Below, in pieces: positions 16,317 to 20,344 of a stretch of 20,344 nucleotides of DNA (position 1 is the first letter of the stretch; each line of letters begins with the position of its first letter). This DNA comes from Nitrospinota bacterium. Lineage in GTDB: Bacteria > UBA8248. The position numbers and the translations under genes are program-made. Location of the stretch: assembly GCA_036231405.1 (NCBI GenBank), contig JAZAHK010000008.1:1-20344 (forward strand), in the 5' to 3' direction. The notes beneath the pieces are model-generated. The model had not been told where the DNA came from. It made no database searches and was given only the letters and a program-made list of their open reading frames with translations.

Positions 16317-17703
16317 GTCCAGGTTGGCGTAGTCGTTTCGGTACAAAATCTAATGCAAAAACGTCCTCCCATATTTCCTTCCTACGAATCGTTTCAGGAC
16401 CTTGAGGCCCAAGGAGCACTACAGGAGGTCTTGTCTGAATGAACTGCATCGATTGTGTAAGACAATACGCTCCCACATTAGCGAAGAGCAGGGGAGACCC
16501 TACTTTTAATTCTGGAAGAAGAACACGATCTCTTAGAATGTCAATTTGCATACATAGTGGCCCGTAAATCCGGACAGGGTGAAGATTTTCGACTAACTCT
16601 TCTGTTTCCTGAGGTGTTTCAACGTTATGGTTATACCAGTATGCAGTAGGAAGTATATTTACTCCAGCATCCACTACGACCGCAGTTCCTTGATTAAGAA
16701 TTTCTTTTTTTGATATGACAGTGCAAATTAGGAAACAAGGAGGATCTATAATAGCTCTTCCCGGTTCTAGAATAAGAGTAGGCTTTTCTTTGAAAAGATT
16801 TTTTTCGTTTTTGATCTGATTTAAAATTATTTCAGCATAAGGTGCAAAGGTTATTTTCTGATTTGGTATTTTTTGTTGCCCATTAAATTCTGGTTTGAGT
16901 TGATTTCCGGAGGGAAAGCCACCACCGAGATCAATAGAATTAGGATGTAATCCTAGTTTCTTTGCCTCTCCTACTGTTGCAAGCAATTTTGCGGCACCAT
17001 ATTTGTATACGTTGGGGTCCATTACATATGTTCCCCCATGAAAATGTAAAGTATCTAGTCTAAGTTTAGGGTTAGATGCAATTATTTCTAATGCTTTTTG
17101 GCAGTCTCCATTTTCTATATTGAAACCAAATTTAGTCCATGAATTTGTATCGTAGAAAAAATTGATTCGTATCCCAACTCCAATTGGATTTTTGTATTTT
17201 GATACGATTTGTATGATCCTGTTTAGTTCTTCGAAATTGTCAATATTAACTAAGGCCCCTTCTTTAAGTGCTATTTCTAATTCTGAATTCGTTTTGTGAG
17301 GCCCGTTAAAAATTATATTTTCTGGTGATACTCCAAGTGATTTAGCAAGAGAATATTCCATTCCAGAAACTACTTCTGCGAGAGCACCTTCTTCATGAAG
17401 AATCGAGCATACTGCAGGTAAATAATTGGTTTTATAGGAGTATGCTATTTTAGTATTTATTTCAGATGTTGTAAAAGTGTCTCTAAAGAGTCGGAATTGA
17501 GATCGTAAGGTACTTTCCGAAATAATAAATACTGGGGAGCCAAATTCTTCAATTATTTGATTGAGGTTATACGGTTCTGGGAGAGAAGAGACCTCATTCG
17601 CTTCCCGGATTTGATCTGATACTTCAAGAAGTCGATGTTTTCCAATTGAATTTACAGAAAGGTACTCAAGTAATGGTGGTTCGTACTTCTTAAGATTGCT
17701 CAT
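16306..17703 (-). CDS. Fold-type III PLP-dependent decarboxylase (LysA/Orn-DAP-Arg family), atypical
   Basis: YSYKTN (PLP lysine), IIFNGPHK, KFG, HFHGG, DLGGGF, EPGR, DAG, GPLC, GAY. ATG 17703 with GAGG upstream; the track uses 17763. Confidence 0.88.
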   Translation of the reverse strand: MSNLKKYEPPLLEYLSVNSIGKHRLLEVSDQIREANEVSSLPEPYNLNQIIEEFGSPVFIISESTLRSQFRLFRDTFTTSEINTKIAYSYKTNYLPAVCSILHEEGALAEVVSGMEYSLAKSLGVSPENIIFNGPHKTNSELEIALKEGALVNIDNFEELNRIIQIVSKYKNPIGVGIRINFFYDTNSWTKFGFNIENGDCQKALEIIASNPKLRLDTLHFHGGTYVMDPNVYKYGAAKLLATVGEAKKLGLHPNSIDLGGGFPSGNQLKPEFNGQQKIPNQKITFAPYAEIILNQIKNEKNLFKEKPTLILEPGRAIIDPPCFLICTVISKKEILNQGTAVVVDAGVNILPTAYWYNHNVETPQETEELVENLHPVRIYGPLCMQIDILRDRVLLPELKVGSPLLFANVGAYCLTQSMQFIQTRPPVVLLGPQGPETIRRKEIWEDVFALDFVPKRLRQPGHEF

Positions 17704-19843
17704 GGTGTAAAATTCCTCTAGAAGCGTATAAAGCAAATCTTTCCGCTTCGACTTTATATTCATGACAAGTTCGTAGAAAAATTAAATCCTCTTTTCGTTC
17801 TTTTGGAAGTGTGTCTATTCCAAAAAGAGAGAGCACGGTAGTTAGTGGTAAGTTTACACCGAGATCAGATGTAAACCCAATCCAAGCTGGAAAGCGGGGA
17901 TTAATTTCGATTAAATTCAAAGTCTCTTTTGTTATGTCTCTTATAAATTCAAGTTCAAAGGGGCCTTTCCATTGTAGTTTTGAAAGATAAGGGGCTAAGT
18001 TTTCTGTTAGACCAGGTAATGATACTTTTATTGCACCCCAAGTATTTCCCTTTTCACATTGAAGAAGCTTTTTTACCCCAACCACTTGCAATAAATTAGA
18101 ATTATGGTCACATACCCCTGCAACTGTAAATTCATCTCCAGCAATAAATTTTTGCACTATAATTTCTTCATGTCCGTTATTTTTCATTTCCAGCCATACG
18201 GCGTGAGCGTGTTGGTAGTTATACACTTTCTCTGATCCTCCATTAATACCCTTTATAACAAGAGGAAAGCCAAGAGTCTTTAACGACCTAGAAAGCTGAC
18301 TATCATTATTCACCATCATACTTTCAGGAATTCTAAAAGCCGTCCAATTTTTTTGCTTCATGTTGTGCAGATGTTTTTTTGAACGATTTTCGTAAGTTTT
18401 TAAAGAAGGTAATAACATTTTAACATCTATTTTCTTAAGATTATCTTCTATTCTAATAAATTTTTCTATTTCATGATCTAGACATGGAAGGATGACATCA
18501 AGACCTAAATTTTCCTTGATTTGTTTTATACATTTCGTGAGATCGGCTTCGTTATCTGTATCAGGGAGCCTATAAATAGAGTCAAAAAGAGAAGGGTTGT
18601 GTGCACCCGAATCGTACGGACCATATCCTAGGCCATATAGTTTTTCTATTTCAGCTTCATTACGTAACGCCCTAGCTACACCAAGACCAGGCATGACTAC
18701 ATCAAACGAGCTTATTCCTGTGACAGCAATTTTGTATCCATTCTTGGTAGATTTTATTCTTTTGTGATTATTAGAAAGTGGTGCAGAGATCTCTCCAAAG
18801 CGTCCAAATTTATCAATCAAATCAGCGGGTAGGGAAAATTCGTATGTATCGCGAACGTAAGCGGTGCCTGCTCTTGGTTTTGGAATTCTGCGACGACGTG
18901 GTTCTAAAATCTCACGAAGGAGGAGCCCAGGTAGGTTACAACCTGCAAATTCAGAGACGACGATCCAATTCGGGAATCTACAATTTATTTCTATTAGGTA
19001 GAATCGTCCAGCTTCTTGTTGTTGGCTAATAAATTCCAATTCTAATGGTCCACGCCAGTGGAGTTTCTTTATTATTGTACGTGCATGTTTCTCCAATTGA
19101 GGGTCCTCAATAACTGAGCCAACAACCCCTTTTCCTCTTTCATTGATTCCTAATTTCCTTACTGGAGTCATACCAAGTATTGAATTATCTTGACGGCAGA
19201 CGACAGCAACAACGTACTCGTCTCCTTCTATGAACGGTTGAAGAAGAACCCCACCTCCCCATTTTGCGTTTAAGCGAGAAGCCTCGTAAATTACACTTTC
19301 TCTAGAATGAACTTTTTTAGAGTCTGCGACGGTTCCTTTTACGATCAGTGGGTATCCGATTTGATCTGCATAAAAAGGTACGTTTGCTATATTGGGTACA
19401 TGAATCGTATTGGGAGTTAAAATATCGTTTCGGTAACAAAAATAGGGTAGAAATATCTTTTTTACAGCATCCAAATCTTCTTGATTTGGAAGCAATGTTT
19501 TAATTCCATTTCTTTCAAGTTGTCTTGAAAGTCTGGAGTAAGTTTCCACTTCAAGGTCAAGACACGGAATGATTGCATCTATTGGTCGTTTGGCGTGTAT
19601 TTCGAGAATTCTGTTTAACGTAGTCTGATCACCAGAAGAGAGAGGTGGCATAAGATGGAGTCGGTCTATTAACCCTGAAGGCCAAGCTCCAGAAGACCAA
19701 ACATCGTAGGTTAACCCTTCAATTTCTATGCTGTTCCCAAAGTCATATCTTAGCGTTCTTGCTACTGCATTTCCGGGTTCAGGATTGTCTAAGCCTGAAA
19801 ATCCAGAGACAGCGACCCTTATTTTACTTTTCTTCTTTCGCAC
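17690..19843 (-). CDS. Tandem double ATP-grasp (carboxylate-amine ligase-like) protein
   Basis: Two homologous halves: GYPLIVKG/GFPLVIKG, QPFIEGDEY/QKFIAGDEF, WRGPLELEFI/WKGPFELEFI, LIEINCRFPNW/LIEINPRFPAW. Confidence 0.9.
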   Translation of the reverse strand: MRKKKSKIRVAVSGFSGLDNPEPGNAVARTLRYDFGNSIEIEGLTYDVWSSGAWPSGLIDRLHLMPPLSSGDQTTLNRILEIHAKRPIDAIIPCLDLEVETYSRLSRQLERNGIKTLLPNQEDLDAVKKIFLPYFCYRNDILTPNTIHVPNIANVPFYADQIGYPLIVKGTVADSKKVHSRESVIYEASRLNAKWGGGVLLQPFIEGDEYVVAVVCRQDNSILGMTPVRKLGINERGKGVVGSVIEDPQLEKHARTIIKKLHWRGPLELEFISQQQEAGRFYLIEINCRFPNWIVVSEFAGCNLPGLLLREILEPRRRRIPKPRAGTAYVRDTYEFSLPADLIDKFGRFGEISAPLSNNHKRIKSTKNGYKIAVTGISSFDVVMPGLGVARALRNEAEIEKLYGLGYGPYDSGAHNPSLFDSIYRLPDTDNEADLTKCIKQIKENLGLDVILPCLDHEIEKFIRIEDNLKKIDVKMLLPSLKTYENRSKKHLHNMKQKNWTAFRIPESMMVNNDSQLSRSLKTLGFPLVIKGINGGSEKVYNYQHAHAVWLEMKNNGHEEIIVQKFIAGDEFTVAGVCDHNSNLLQVVGVKKLLQCEKGNTWGAIKVSLPGLTENLAPYLSKLQWKGPFELEFIRDITKETLNLIEINPRFPAWIGFTSDLGVNLPLTTVLSLFGIDTLPKERKEDLIFLRTCHEYKVEAERFALYASRGILHHEQS

Positions 19844-20141
19844 TATCTATCAATCCCATGTATTCAAGTTGTTTTAATAAATTTTGAATATCTTGATCTG
19901 CGTCTTTTTTGGATACTTCATATTCGTTTATTAGTGCCAAAGACAATTTTTGTAGTGTCGACCCTGAAGAAAGAAGTTTTAAAAGAGTCCAAGCAGAAGA
20001 GTTGCATGTCAAAAGGGCAGCAGTGTATGTGTCAAACAATATTCCTCCACCATTCCCATTTGTGCCGTTAACGGCGCTACTGTCTAGTCGCGCTCTTACA
20101 TGTAGTTTCCAAATAGTGTTTTTCTTTTTTTGTGTTTTCAC
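19824..20141 (-). CDS. PqqD-family / RiPP recognition element (RRE) protein
   Basis: About 100 aa: GILFDTYT beta region, N..A..LL, then L..EYEV....A..DI..LL..L...GLI, the typical PqqD helical signature. GTG start overlaps the upstream TGA (GTGA). Confidence 0.82.
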   Translation of the reverse strand: MKTQKKKNTIWKLHVRARLDSSAVNGTNGNGGGILFDTYTAALLTCNSSAWTLLKLLSSGSTLQKLSLALINEYEVSKKDADQDIQNLLKQLEYMGLIDSAKEEK

Positions 20142-20344
20142 TTCTTTCCCTTTATCGATTGCATGCCACGTTTAGCATCAGGATAATAAGGATTAGTTTT
20201 CAAAGCATCTTGGAAGTATTTTTTTGCTTTGTCAGTTTTTTTCAATTTCAAAGACACATATCCTAATCCAGTCAAAGCATCTAAAGAGAAAGGATTTTTT
20301 TGTATAATTTTCTGAAATTGCTTTTCAGCTTTTTCGGTTTTTCC
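20138..20344 (-). CDS. Tetratricopeptide-repeat protein, C-terminal fragment (5' end outside window)
   Basis: Not in the ORF track. Translation GKTEKAEKQFQKIIQKNPFSLDALTGLGYVSLKLKKTDKAKKYFQDALKTNPYYPDAKRGMQSIKGKK* fits TPR consensus (A..LG, A..YF..AL...P). Confidence 0.85.
   Translation of the reverse strand, partial: GKTEKAEKQFQKIIQKNPFSLDALTGLGYVSLKLKKTDKAKKYFQDALKTNPYYPDAKRGMQSIKGKK

Noticed and set aside
16306-17703. Calling the decarboxylase lysA
   Set aside because: The specificity motif is CMQID rather than CESxD, and the context is not lysine biosynthesis.
17690-19843. Calling the double ATP-grasp carB
   Set aside because: At 717 aa it is too short, lacks CarB signature motifs and the MGS domain, and has no carA nearby.
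215-20175. Other short antisense or overlapping track ORFs (e.g. 215..424, 303..536, 997..1326, 1875..2225, 2548..2781, 6229..6507, 8472..8768, 13301..13492, 14393..14641, 14767..15039, 18778..19029, 19909..20175)
   Set aside because: They overlap well-supported genes and show no recognisable motifs.
1-20344. CRISPR array, IS element, integrase or rRNA
   Set aside because: No regularly spaced repeats, transposase or recombinase motifs, or rRNA-like sequence seen.

Overview
AT-rich bacterial chromosomal window with no taxonomic marker beyond a tRNA. Left part: C-terminus of a MeaB/ArgK GTPase, cutA, and a truncated pentapeptide-repeat ORF missed by the ORF track. These are followed by a tightly packed minus-strand run of coxM-like, coxS-like, coxD-like (MoxR AAA+), coxE-like (vWA), GlnR-like OmpR regulator and glnA, with no molybdopterin large subunit. 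Middle: mtaB; a DsbA/FrnE-family selenoprotein (in-frame TGA giving a UPWC motif plus a SECIS-like hairpin, mis-started in the ORF track); an S58 peptidase; an MFS transporter; a Rid protein; tRNA-Gly(GCC). After the tRNA is an accessory region with two zinc-ribbon/TM2 proteins, membrane proteins, a His-rich secreted peptide and a CPXCG protein. The most notable element is a fully overlapping five-gene minus-strand operon of unknown function: TPR protein (partial), PqqD/RRE protein, tandem double ATP-grasp enzyme, atypical fold-III PLP decarboxylase, and a urea-transporter/Sir2 fusion. All calls come from motif reading by eye; no searches were run.
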